Notes under the pieces: model-generated
Database searches by the model: none
Told to the model about the DNA's origin: nothing
Seen by the model: the letters and a program-made list of their open reading frames with translations, nothing else
Part shown: positions 27,688 through 36,661 of the stretch, piece by piece
How the letters are laid out: the number at the start of each line of letters is the position of its first letter
How positions within the stretch are numbered: position 1 is the first letter of the stretch
Assembly: GCA_043754535.1 (NCBI GenBank)
Contig: JAYUUN010000103.1
Coordinates: 1 to 64,000 of the forward strand
DNA length: 64,000 nucleotides
Source: Chloroflexota bacterium
GTDB lineage: Bacteria > Chloroflexota > Chloroflexia > QHBQ01
Reading direction: 5' to 3'
Translations under genes and position numbers: made by a program

Positions 27688-28632
27688 TTACTGCCCCACC
27701 ACGATTGGTTCGTTGAACTCGTTGCTGCCGGTGGTCGGCACCCCGAACTCGGCGCGGATGTAGTCGTAGCCCTTCTGCTCAAGCTCCAGAGCCAACTCGC
27801 GGCCCCCGCTCTTGACGATCTGGCCGTTGAGCATCACGTGAACGAAGTCGGGGCTGACATAGTTGAGGATGCGCTGATAGTGGGTGATGATTAGCACGCC
27901 CAGGTTCGGCCCCTTCAGGTCGTTTACACCCTCGGAGACGATGCGGATTGCGTCAATGTCCAGGCCGCTGTCTGGCTCGTCGAGGATGGCAATCTCTGGC
28001 TTGAGCATCGCCATTTGCAGAATCTCTACCCGCTTCTTCTCGCCGCCACTAAAGCCGTCGTTGAGGCTACGGCCCTTGAAGTTGTCGGCCATCTGCAACA
28101 GGGCCATCTTCTCCTGCAAGGTCTTGCGGAACTCGCGGGGGTTGAAGCCTATGTCGGCCCCAGCGATCCCCTGTGGGCGGCGGCTGACCACGCCCTGGCC
28201 GGTCTCTACCGCATTGCCGCTGGCGATAGCCGCAAAGGTGCTGACGGCGGCTGCGTCTGCATTGGTGGCAGTGCTGGTGTCGCCCGCCTTGGCTTTCGCT
28301 TTGGCGCGCACTGCCGTGCGGAGGAAGTTGGCGACGCTCACCCCTGGCACCGACGAGGGGTACTGGAAGGCGAGGAACAGGCCCAGTTGCGCCCGCTTGT
28401 CGGGGCTGAGAACAAGGACATCTTGCCCCTTGAAGTTGATGCTACCTCGCGTCACCTTGTACTTTGGGTGACCCGCCAGCGCATAAGCCAATGTAGACTT
28501 GCCACTGCCGTTCGGCCCCATCAGGGCATGAATCTCGCCCTTCTTGATCGTCAGGTTGACCCCCTTGAGGATCTCCTTGCCATCAATCTCCACGTGGAGA
28601 TCAGTAATGATCAGATCGCCTTCAAGTGCCAC
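27688..28632 (-). CDS. sufC: Fe-S cluster assembly ATPase with long low-complexity insertion
   Basis: [45 protein letters not shown]. Confidence 0.95.
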   Translation of the reverse strand: MALEGDLIITDLHVEIDGKEILKGVNLTIKKGEIHALMGPNGSGKSTLAYALAGHPKYKVTRGSINFKGQDVLVLSPDKRAQLGLFLAFQYPSSVPGVSVANFLRTAVRAKAKAKAGDTSTATNADAAAVSTFAAIASGNAVETGQGVVSRRPQGIAGADIGFNPREFRKTLQEKMALLQMADNFKGRSLNDGFSGGEKKRVEILQMAMLKPEIAILDEPDSGLDIDAIRIVSEGVNDLKGPNLGVLIITHYQRILNYVSPDFVHVMLNGQIVKSGGRELALELEQKGYDYIRAEFGVPTTGSNEFNEPIVVGQ

Positions 28633-28638
28633 TTAAAC

Positions 28639-29343
28639 TTACTCCTTTGTCGTAACCTGGGTTATAGTGAGGGGGCTACCGATAGAAAAGTCGCAGCCGT
28701 GCGAACCGTCCAGCACACAACTGGTCAACGAGACCTGCGAACCGAGGGTGCGCGAGAGCATATCCTGCTCCATGTCGCACACTTCGCGGTGCTGGCGGGC
28801 AACGCGGAAGTAGGGGCAACTGCTGCTGTGTAGCACCAGCCCTTCAGCCCGCTGCTCCAATTCGACCGACACGCCGCGCTCGTTGAGCAGGGCAGTCAGG
28901 TTGACGAGGCGATCCTGCATCCGCTGGCCGTCAGTCAACTGGTCGGCAAAGCGGGTCGCCATGCGGGTGCTGATCCGCTCCATCAGCAGGCTGATCTTCG
29001 CCTGCCCATCAAGCGCATAGATTTCTTCCAACAACATATTAGTCAGGTCGCCATAGTCTTTGGGGAACAGGTCGCGGCCCTGCTCTGTGATGTCGTAGAG
29101 GAAATAGGGGCGGCCCAGTTCGCCCTTCACCTTGCTGGCCTGTACCAGGCCGTCGGCTTGTAGCGAGGTCAGTTGTTCGCGCACAGCAGTAGTGGTACGG
29201 CCTAGCTCCTGCTCAAGTTGCTTAACAGTTAGGCCGCCGCGCCGTTGGAGCAACCGCAGGATCGCCAGCCGTGCCGAGTCGCTAGTCGGGCTGGCACTAT
29301 TACGGGGCCGCCCTGGTTGGCTTGCGCGCTCTGCTGTCATCAT
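28639..29343 (-). CDS. sufR: SufR-like HTH transcriptional regulator
   Basis: N-terminal HTH, GRP..Y, FPKDY, C-terminal CP..C..C..C; heads the suf operon. Confidence 0.8.
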   Translation of the reverse strand: MMTAERASQPGRPRNSASPTSDSARLAILRLLQRRGGLTVKQLEQELGRTTTAVREQLTSLQADGLVQASKVKGELGRPYFLYDITEQGRDLFPKDYGDLTNMLLEEIYALDGQAKISLLMERISTRMATRFADQLTDGQRMQDRLVNLTALLNERGVSVELEQRAEGLVLHSSSCPYFRVARQHREVCDMEQDMLSRTLGSQVSLTSCVLDGSHGCDFSIGSPLTITQVTTKE

Positions 29344-29694
29344 TGCTCCTACGCTAGTGCATGAGTGGGGATTCGTTCGTCCCTTCATTTTACCAAAGTT
29401 GAGGGTCATGAATCAACCTTTTGACAGGATTACCTGTTTTTAAGTCGGCTGTCCAGCGGGTGCAGTTTGGCCTTGCCACAATTGGCAGAACAGGTGGGCG
29501 CAGGATCGCGCAACCAATTTGCCCTTTCATCCGTTATATGGGGTATAATAGCAGCAATGCCCCAGTTTGTGCATCCAAAGCGTGCTGAATCACGTAAGTT
29601 TGTTACAAGCGGTGGCGGGCGGCTTTTGATCCTCACCGGAAGCAATTATCGGCCCGATGTGGTCAAAACCAACACTACAGGAGGTTACAGACTG

Positions 29695-30213
29695 ATGGAC
29701 ACGAACGAGATTGAAGTACAGGGCGAGCAGAGTGGTGGCGAAGCAGCGGTGCTGGTCGGCGGCTTGACGGAACACCAGCAAATCAGTAAGGCCCGTAAGC
29801 GCGAGTTTGGCAAGCGGGTACGCCTGCTGCGTGAGGCCAAGCGGTGGACGCAGGAGGAACTGGCGGCAGACAGCGGCCTGAGCCGTAGCTATGTGTCGCG
29901 CCTCGAACTGGGTGACATTGCCCTACCACGCAACGATAAGCTAACCCGCCTGGCCCGCGCCCTCGGCACCAGCAACGAAGACCTGTTGGAGGCGGCAGGC
30001 TATATGACACCGCCCAGCAATGACCAGGAGGGCAGCCTGCCCGATCTCGCCCCCTACCTGCGCCGCAAGTATGGCCTTAGCCAGCCACGCCTAGTAGACT
30101 TGATTCAGTACATGGTGGAGATGGCTCAGCGTGAGGGGAGCGGCACGCCGCCTGCCAGCAACGAGTCGGCGGACGAAGCAGCCGAGCTAGCAGCAGCCGA
30201 GGACAACCGCTAG
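29695..30213 (+). CDS. XRE-family HTH transcriptional regulator
   Basis: FGKRVRLLREAKRWTQEELA..LSRSYVSRLE; LPDLAPYLRRKYGL; AGGAGG SD. Confidence 0.9.
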   Translation: MDTNEIEVQGEQSGGEAAVLVGGLTEHQQISKARKREFGKRVRLLREAKRWTQEELAADSGLSRSYVSRLELGDIALPRNDKLTRLARALGTSNEDLLEAAGYMTPPSNDQEGSLPDLAPYLRRKYGLSQPRLVDLIQYMVEMAQREGSGTPPASNESADEAAELAAAEDNR

Positions 30214-30215
30214 CT

Positions 30216-30803
30216 GTGCGCGAACGGATCGTTGCGGAACCAGAGGTGTTGGCTGCCTACCTGCACCGCCTCTACCGCCTGGACTGCCTGCCAGTCTCTA
30301 TTGCGGCGGTGGGGGCGCGGGCTGGCCGCCTGATCCACATCTGGCAGACGGCGAACCTGCCCGCCCACGGCTTCTCGGCTCCGGTGCAGGCGGCGGGCAA
30401 GCCCTGGCAGATGATGATTGCGGCTGGTGATAGCCGCGAGGAGCAACGCTTCACTTTCTGCCACGAACTCTGGCACATTGTTACCCAGGATGAGCGCGTC
30501 TCGGCTGCCGTGTTGGGGCTGGACGTGACTGAGAGTGACGAACAGGTGGGGGGCTTCAGCCTGCCGCCACCTGATTATGCCGCTAATCTGCTTGACGACT
30601 GGGGCTTGCTGACGGAGGATTACGCGGAGGAGGAGCTAGCTGACCAGTTCGCCGCTGCCTTCCTCCTACCCATGCGCTGGTTGCATACGCTGTGGCCTGG
30701 GTATCGCCAGCAGGCCGACCCCGTCAGCCAGCTAGCGGCCCACTGCTCCGTCACCCCGAAGCTGGCCTTCCGCCGCCTGCTCAGCCTCGGTCTGCTAACT
30801 TAA
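30216..30803 (+). CDS. ImmA/IrrE family metallo-endopeptidase
   Basis: RFTFCHELWH (HExxH) and EELADQFAAAFLLP. Confidence 0.88.
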   Translation: MRERIVAEPEVLAAYLHRLYRLDCLPVSIAAVGARAGRLIHIWQTANLPAHGFSAPVQAAGKPWQMMIAAGDSREEQRFTFCHELWHIVTQDERVSAAVLGLDVTESDEQVGGFSLPPPDYAANLLDDWGLLTEDYAEEELADQFAAAFLLPMRWLHTLWPGYRQQADPVSQLAAHCSVTPKLAFRRLLSLGLLT

Positions 30804-31620
30804 CCCCCGCGTCGGCCAAAGCCTTGAGGTTGGCGTTGCCGCGGCGGTCGAGGGCAGCCTGCCAGCGGGGGCGGTATTGCTCCAACTGGCTGACGACTAG
30901 CTTGCCAACCAGGTAGTTGCGGTACCACTTCTTGTCCGCAGGGATTACATACCAGGGCGCGTGTGGGCTAGAGGTCTGGTTCACCATCTCCTCGAACGCG
31001 CTCTGGTACGTGTCCCAATAAGCACGCTCGGCCCAGTCGCTGGGCGCAACCTTCCAGCGTTTGGCGGGATCGGTCATCCGCTCGCGCAGTCGCCGCTCCT
31101 GCTCGGCTTTGGAGATGTGCAGGAAGAACTTGAGAATGATTGTTCCCTCATTGGTCAGCATCTGCTCGAAATTGTTAATCTCGGCGTAGCGGGCGCGCCA
31201 CCGCTCCTCTGGCACCAGCTTGCGGACGCGCTCGACCAACACTGACTCGTAGTGCGAACGGTTGAAGACGACTAGTTCGCCACGGCGGGGAAGCTGCTGG
31301 TGGATGCGCCAGAGGTAATCGTGGGCCAGTTCCTCAGTAGAGGGCTGCTTGAAGCCAACGATGCGGCAGCCGGTCACGTTGACGGCGGCCAGCACGTGGT
31401 TGGTGGTGCCGTCCTTGCCGCTGGTGTCGATCCCTTGCAGGATGATCAACAACGCCTGATCGCTGGCGGCGTAGAGCAGTCCCTGCAACTCGCACATCCT
31501 GCGTTGGTAGTCAGCGACGATAGAGGCCGTGTCCTCTTTCTTCAAGCCGCCGCTGTCTGCTGGGTTACGCTCTTTCAACTTGATTGTACTACCGGGTTTG
31601 ACTAGTGGCTCAGCCATCAC
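30781..31620 (-). CDS. ppk2: Polyphosphate kinase 2 family (class III-like)
   Basis: QGIDTSGKDG, HDYLWR, FNRSHYE, KFFLHISK, PWYVIPADKKW. Confidence 0.93.
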   Translation of the reverse strand: MMAEPLVKPGSTIKLKERNPADSGGLKKEDTASIVADYQRRMCELQGLLYAASDQALLIILQGIDTSGKDGTTNHVLAAVNVTGCRIVGFKQPSTEELAHDYLWRIHQQLPRRGELVVFNRSHYESVLVERVRKLVPEERWRARYAEINNFEQMLTNEGTIILKFFLHISKAEQERRLRERMTDPAKRWKVAPSDWAERAYWDTYQSAFEEMVNQTSSPHAPWYVIPADKKWYRNYLVGKLVVSQLEQYRPRWQAALDRRGNANLKALADAGVKLADRG

Positions 31621-31658
31621 ACACCTCCCTGTTTTCGCCTATGATAACACAGGTGGCC

Positions 31659-32471
31659 TCAACCCGCTGCGGCACAGAGGTAAGTCGCCATGCGGCCCAC
31701 AGTGCGGAAGCCGAGCCGCATATAGACTGGTTCGCCCATCGCCGAGGCAAAGAGGGCGGCCTGTTGGTAGCCCACTGCTTGCGCTGCTCGACAGGCGGCA
31801 ACGGTGATCGCTGCCCCGATGCCGCGCCCACGAGCAGCAGCCAGGGTGCTGACCTTATAGATGCCAGCCAGCCCACCGTCCAAGTAGAGGCTGGTAGTGG
31901 CAACCGCTACGCCGTCCAGGTAGGCCAGGAAGTGGCGGTTTGCACCGCTGCCCAGGCGGGTGTAGCTAGCCGTATAGAAGGCTTCCAGAGTTGGCGGCGT
32001 GTCAAAACTGGGGGCTAGCACGCGGTAGAAGGCAGCAATCCCGGCTGCTTCCTCTACTTCGACGATGCGCAGGCCAGGCGGGGTGAGCAGGTCGTCGGGT
32101 AGGTCGGCGCAAGCTACCGCCATTACCGCCGCAATGTACGGACGGCTAACCAGCCCGGCTGCACTCAGGTGGGCGGCCAGGCTGGCAGGCTGACTGTGGG
32201 GGAAGACTCGCCAGCAGAAGGGTAGAGCAGCCGCTCGGAAGTGACCGCTTACCCGCGCCACCTGCGCGGCCACCGTACCTTCGGTCAGAGCGGTCTGCAA
32301 TACCATGTTCAGCTTGGGGGCGGCCAGGTCGCTGCTGAACCAGGTGCAGCAGGGATCATCGTGGACGAGGAAGCGAGGTGGGTCAACCTTCGCCTGCGTC
32401 TCTGCTGTATAGTTGGCAGCGAAGGCGGCGCATAGTTCAGCCGCCGACGCTGGGGGTGTGGTCGTACTCAT
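31659..32471 (-). CDS. GNAT family N-acetyltransferase
   Basis: VST..ARGRGIG; ASAMGEPVY.RLGF. Confidence 0.88.
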   Translation of the reverse strand: MSTTTPPASAAELCAAFAANYTAETQAKVDPPRFLVHDDPCCTWFSSDLAAPKLNMVLQTALTEGTVAAQVARVSGHFRAAALPFCWRVFPHSQPASLAAHLSAAGLVSRPYIAAVMAVACADLPDDLLTPPGLRIVEVEEAAGIAAFYRVLAPSFDTPPTLEAFYTASYTRLGSGANRHFLAYLDGVAVATTSLYLDGGLAGIYKVSTLAAARGRGIGAAITVAACRAAQAVGYQQAALFASAMGEPVYMRLGFRTVGRMATYLCAAAG

Positions 32472-32488
32472 AGTCACTCCTATCGCAT

Positions 32489-32989
32489 TCAGACCAGCTC
32501 GCCCTTCAGCCCAGCCAGGTGGGATTGCAGGTCAGCTAGATGTTCCTGGTAATGCTCGTGCATATTACCTGCCAGCGAGTCGATTAGCGGGCGACCGTTG
32601 CACCAGGGATAGTAGTCGGGGGTGATGACCGCCGCATCGGTGAGCGGGGAGACTAGGGCGCGCAGGCGGTCGCGGCTGGCCCGCAGGTTAGCTAGCACCT
32701 CGGTGAAGGGGCGACCCTTGTCGCGCTGGTAGAGCATCTCGTTAATCTCGTCGTCGGGTATCGCGTCAAGGTCGCCCGCACCCTGTCGCTCAATGCGCTG
32801 GCTCGTGTTCGTCAACCAGGCTGCCAGGTGCGCCAGGTGGTCTTTGACCGACCAACCGCCCTCGCTAGTCGGGGCGGTCAACTGCGCCGCACTAAGCGGT
32901 TCGAGCAAGCTGTCCAGGCGGGCGAACTCGCGCTCGTCGGCGGCCAGCAACTGCGCCTTGCTCATCCCCTCTACTACATCGTCTGTCAT
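32489..32989 (-). CDS. DinB/ClbS/DfsB-like four-helix-bundle protein
   Basis: GWSVKDHLAHL and HEHYQEH motifs. Confidence 0.85.
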   Translation of the reverse strand: MTDDVVEGMSKAQLLAADEREFARLDSLLEPLSAAQLTAPTSEGGWSVKDHLAHLAAWLTNTSQRIERQGAGDLDAIPDDEINEMLYQRDKGRPFTEVLANLRASRDRLRALVSPLTDAAVITPDYYPWCNGRPLIDSLAGNMHEHYQEHLADLQSHLAGLKGELV

Positions 32990-33078
32990 CTACTTCTCTC
33001 CTTATCTGTGGTGACCTATGTCACAGCTACAAAATCGTTGTTGCGCGCCCCACTCTGCCAGACCAGCAGTGGAGGATG

Positions 33079-33678
33079 CTAGGTCTTCTTTGCCATTACC
33101 AGCCAGTGGCATGGTGCCGTCTGCTGCCAGTGCAGGCCGCGCAACCCAGCGGTATGGAGCGTCTCATCCAGGTCGCTGACCAGCGGGTAGGCCAGGCCAT
33201 CGTCCCAGTCAGCTACTTGACGGCTGGCTTCGGCACGAGCGGCGGTAGAAGGGAAGGCGAAATCGAGCAGGCACAGGTAGCCACCCACTTGCAGCACACG
33301 GGCTAGCTCTGCCCCCGCTGCTAGCCGCTCTGCTGCTGCCAGCCGGTGGAAGCGAAAGGCGGTGGCGACTGCGGCGAACTGGGCGGCGGGGTGGGGGATC
33401 GGATATTGGCCGAGATCGAGCAGGTAGGATGGCTGGCTGCGGTGCAGGCGGTCGAGGGCCGCACCATCCTCGTCCAGCCCCCAGATTGTCACCCCACGCT
33501 GGTCGAGCAGGCTGGCGAAGTCGCCGCTGCCGATGCCGACAACCAGCAAATCGCTGCCAGCGGCAAGGGGCAGTGCATCCGCTGCCGCTTGCAGGCTGGC
33601 CGCATAGCCGTCGCGCAGGCTGCGGCTGGTCAGCCCCGCCCACGCATCAAACAGGTCCCGCTCTCCCTTAGCCATCAT
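33079..33678 (-). CDS. Class I SAM-dependent methyltransferase (motif I degenerate)
   Basis: LFDAWA, VVGIGSG, FHRL, ELARVL..GG; AAGGAGG SD. Confidence 0.7.
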   Translation of the reverse strand: MMAKGERDLFDAWAGLTSRSLRDGYAASLQAAADALPLAAGSDLLVVGIGSGDFASLLDQRGVTIWGLDEDGAALDRLHRSQPSYLLDLGQYPIPHPAAQFAAVATAFRFHRLAAAERLAAGAELARVLQVGGYLCLLDFAFPSTAARAEASRQVADWDDGLAYPLVSDLDETLHTAGLRGLHWQQTAPCHWLVMAKKT

Positions 33679-33763
33679 CGCCCTCCTTGCTGCGTGGCTG
33701 CCCAAGCGTAGCCACCCCGCTCACGGCTTGCTTGCGGCGGCGTGCTGGGGTAATCCTGCGTCG

Positions 33764-33967
33764 CTAGACCTTCTGCGACGGGGGCCGCTTGCTGGGCATC
33801 AGCAGTTCGTAGTCTGGCACCTCTCGGCGACGCTCGGCGTGCTTGTTATGCTGCCCCCGCCAGGAGTAGAGGGGTCGCCCCTGCCGGGCCAGTAGCCCAC
33901 CACGCACGACGCTAGCAACGAGGTAGAGTTGCACGCCAGTAACCAGCTTCACCCTTTGGTTCTCCAA
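33764..33967 (-). CDS. Small hypothetical protein (67 aa)
   Basis: TTG start with GGAGGAG SD and upstream TGCTACAAT -10. Confidence 0.5.
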   Translation of the reverse strand: MENQRVKLVTGVQLYLVASVVRGGLLARQGRPLYSWRGQHNKHAERRREVPDYELLMPSKRPPSQKV

Positions 33968-34246
33968 AGCTCTTTCTCCTCCGCACAGGTGTGCTTCTAT
34001 TGTAGCATACTACTGCAAGGCGGGGGAACGGTCTGCGCATAGCTCAACCCAGCCTGCCGCGGGGTAGTCCATAGTCTTAGTTCACGTTTAACCTAGGCAG
34101 CCAGCGAACTAAGACCACAGACTAAGGACTGCTACCGCCCCTGCTGCTACCCTCACTGGTCAGGTGGTAAGCCCCACGGTAGCTGCTCCGCCTGCGCATC
34201 GGTCATCTTCAGGCTGTTCAGCCACCATCCGCAGGGGCGTTGCAGT

Positions 34247-34786
34247 TCAAGGTGTTGGCGGCAGGATGGCGCATTCGCGGCTCATAATCACGTACTCTGG
34301 CGCGCCGCGCTCAAAAGGGAAGCCGGGGTGGAGGTAACCCCAGCCCCGCGCCTGGTAGAAGCGTTGCGCGCCAACGTTGTGCAACTGGGTGGAGAGTAGG
34401 ACACGGGGGTGTCGCTGGCGGCGGAGCAACTCGTCGTGCAGATGGCCGCCAACGCCCTGGTTGCGGTAGTTGCTAGCCAAAGCCAGTTCGGTCAGCACCC
34501 AGGCATCCTGCAAGGCGGGGTGGCCGTAGCCAACCTGGGCGGCCACCTGATCGTGCCACCACTGACCAGGGAGGGAGCGGGTGCCAAAGCCGAAGCCGAT
34601 CACCTGTTCAGCGCACAAGGCAACCAGGCCGCAATAGCCGGGGTAGTAGCGGACGAAGGAGGCAAAGAAGCTGTAGGCACGCTCCCAAGAATGGCCCCAG
34701 GTGCTGGCGTAGATTGCCACCGCCCCCGCGAAGTAGGGGGAGTTGCCATCGAAGGGTTGCAGGCGGTAGGTGAAGGTGCCAGCCAT
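34247..34786 (-). CDS. GNAT family N-acetyltransferase
   Basis: GQWWHDQV, LTELAL..YRNQGVG, AQRFY..RGW. Confidence 0.88.
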   Translation of the reverse strand: MAGTFTYRLQPFDGNSPYFAGAVAIYASTWGHSWERAYSFFASFVRYYPGYCGLVALCAEQVIGFGFGTRSLPGQWWHDQVAAQVGYGHPALQDAWVLTELALASNYRNQGVGGHLHDELLRRQRHPRVLLSTQLHNVGAQRFYQARGWGYLHPGFPFERGAPEYVIMSRECAILPPTP

Positions 34787-34794
34787 GGTGCGCT

Positions 34795-35658
34795 TCAGCC
34801 TCGCTGCAAGACGCAGGCGACCCCGACCGCCTTCGGCCCGATGTGCGTCCCCAGCACCGCCCCGATATGAGCCAGCAGCACCTTGTCAGCGGGGCAGTAG
34901 GGGGCTAGCATATCGAGCAGCTTCGCAGCAGCTTCCTCGTTATAGCCGTGTAGCACGCAGAGCGATTCGAGCGGGCCAAAGTCGCGCACAATCTCTACAA
35001 TACGCGCCAGAGCCTTGCTGCTGGTTCGCACCCGCTCTAGCGGCTCTACGTGGCCCTCCTTGAGGTGCAACAGCGGCTTGACGCTCAACATAGTACCCAG
35101 GAACGCCCCTGCCATGCCAATCCGCCCGCCTCGCTGCAACATCTCCAGCGTATCGAACGCTCCCAGGATACGCAGGCGGGGTACCATGTCGCGCACCAGT
35201 GCGCTGATTGCGGCCAACGAATGGTTCGCTTGCGCAGCGCGAGCAGCATCGATTGCCAACCAGCCCGTACACATAGAGAGGGCGCGGCTGTCCACCACCA
35301 CCACGCGGGGGCTGCCATCCTCCCCGCTATAGTCGCTGGCGGCTAGCATCGCGGCGTTGTAGACTGCGCTCAGGTCGCTAGATACGTGGATCGAGATTAC
35401 ATCGTTGCCCCCTGCGGTAAGCTGCTGATAGACCACGCTGAACGCCCCTGGGGAGGGAGCAGCCGTCACTGGCATCGCTTTGGTTGTGGCAAGCCTGGCA
35501 TAGAACTGCTCGCCACTGAGGTCAATCCCGTCGCGGTAGTGCTGGTTGCCAAAGCTGACGGTGAGCGGAACTACCGTAATCCCCAGCTTGTGGCTGAGGT
35601 CGTGGGGTACGTCGGCGGTGCTGTCAGTTACGACGCAGACGGGGCGGTGGTCGCTCAA
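34795..35658 (-). CDS. fakB: DegV family fatty-acid-binding protein
   Basis: VTDSTAD, ISIHVSS.LS, VVDS, GGRIG, GTHIGP. Confidence 0.92.
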   Translation of the reverse strand: MSDHRPVCVVTDSTADVPHDLSHKLGITVVPLTVSFGNQHYRDGIDLSGEQFYARLATTKAMPVTAAPSPGAFSVVYQQLTAGGNDVISIHVSSDLSAVYNAAMLAASDYSGEDGSPRVVVVDSRALSMCTGWLAIDAARAAQANHSLAAISALVRDMVPRLRILGAFDTLEMLQRGGRIGMAGAFLGTMLSVKPLLHLKEGHVEPLERVRTSSKALARIVEIVRDFGPLESLCVLHGYNEEAAAKLLDMLAPYCPADKVLLAHIGAVLGTHIGPKAVGVACVLQRG

Positions 35659-36506
35659 TGGTCGTCTCCTTCATACACGGCAGTGCCAAGCGCGTTTGGC
35701 CCCAGGTGGGTGCCGAGGGCAGCACTGTACTCTGTTACCAGGACACGTTCGCGTGGGTAGATCGGGTGGATGCGGGTCAGCAGTTGCTCAACCTCATGCG
35801 GCACCCCGCTGTGCAGCACTGCCATCTCCTCAACATGGGGGAAGTCCTCAACAAAGTTGTACAGCCCCTCTATAGCCTTCGCCCGCGTGCGCGCCCGCTC
35901 GAAAGGGACAATCTGGCCCTCATCCAGGCGCAACAGATAGCGAGTTGTAGCCTGCTCTAGCAGCGGAGCAATCCTGGCCGCTCGCCCCCCCCGCGTCAGG
36001 TACTCGTAGTTCTCAACGAAGAAGACGACGTGGGTTTGACCGACCATGCGGGTGACGAAGGCGGTCAGTTCGCTGAGGCCGAGGTTCCCCCGTGCCGCTG
36101 CCTTCGCTGCCGCCAGTACCATCAAGCCCAGGCCCATAGAGGTAGAGAGCGAGTCGATCACCGCGATGTTGGCTGCGGTGCGGCCACCAACGCTCTCGCG
36201 GGCGCGCACCGCAGTCTGGTAGGTGTCGCTCAACTTCGAGCTGAGGGTAATCACCAATGCACTATCGCCCGCCCGGTTAATCGCCCGGTAAGCCTGCTCA
36301 AAGCTATCCAGACTGGGCGGCAAGGTAGTGGCTATCGCAGCCAGCGGCAAGCGGCGGAATAGCTCCTGGCTACCAATCTCGCGGCGGTCAAGGTAGGTAG
36401 CCTCGCCAATCTGGATCAGCAGCGGCACCACGGTGATGTCATACTGCTTGAGCAGATAGTCTGGTACGTCGCAGGTGCTATCGGTGATAATCTTTACGCT
36501 GCCCAT
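35655..36506 (-). CDS. fakB: DegV family fatty-acid-binding protein
   Basis: ITDSTCD, LSSKLS, VIDS, RGGR, GTHLGP. Confidence 0.9.
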   Translation of the reverse strand: MGSVKIITDSTCDVPDYLLKQYDITVVPLLIQIGEATYLDRREIGSQELFRRLPLAAIATTLPPSLDSFEQAYRAINRAGDSALVITLSSKLSDTYQTAVRARESVGGRTAANIAVIDSLSTSMGLGLMVLAAAKAAARGNLGLSELTAFVTRMVGQTHVVFFVENYEYLTRGGRAARIAPLLEQATTRYLLRLDEGQIVPFERARTRAKAIEGLYNFVEDFPHVEEMAVLHSGVPHEVEQLLTRIHPIYPRERVLVTEYSAALGTHLGPNALGTAVYEGDDH

Positions 36507-36661
36507 GAATGCGCTAGTCCCAACCTTCGAGTTTGTACAGTGCTACTAGTTTACCATTTTTGCAGGGCTGGGCGCAAAGCTGCTGCCAAACAGCAGCTGC
36601 CCCCAGCAGGCTGGGCCAAGCCGCTGACCGCCGCCCAGCTATGACCAGGCTAGCCGCTACA

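Noticed and set aside
29467..29694. Extended N-terminus of the XRE ORF, and GCTGAATC as a c-di-AMP riboswitch start
   Set aside because: Strong SD supports the start at 29695; the other riboswitch motifs are absent
29695..30803. Prophage or ICE around the XRE/ImmA pair
   Set aside because: No integrase, att-like repeats, tRNA or phage genes seen in the flanks
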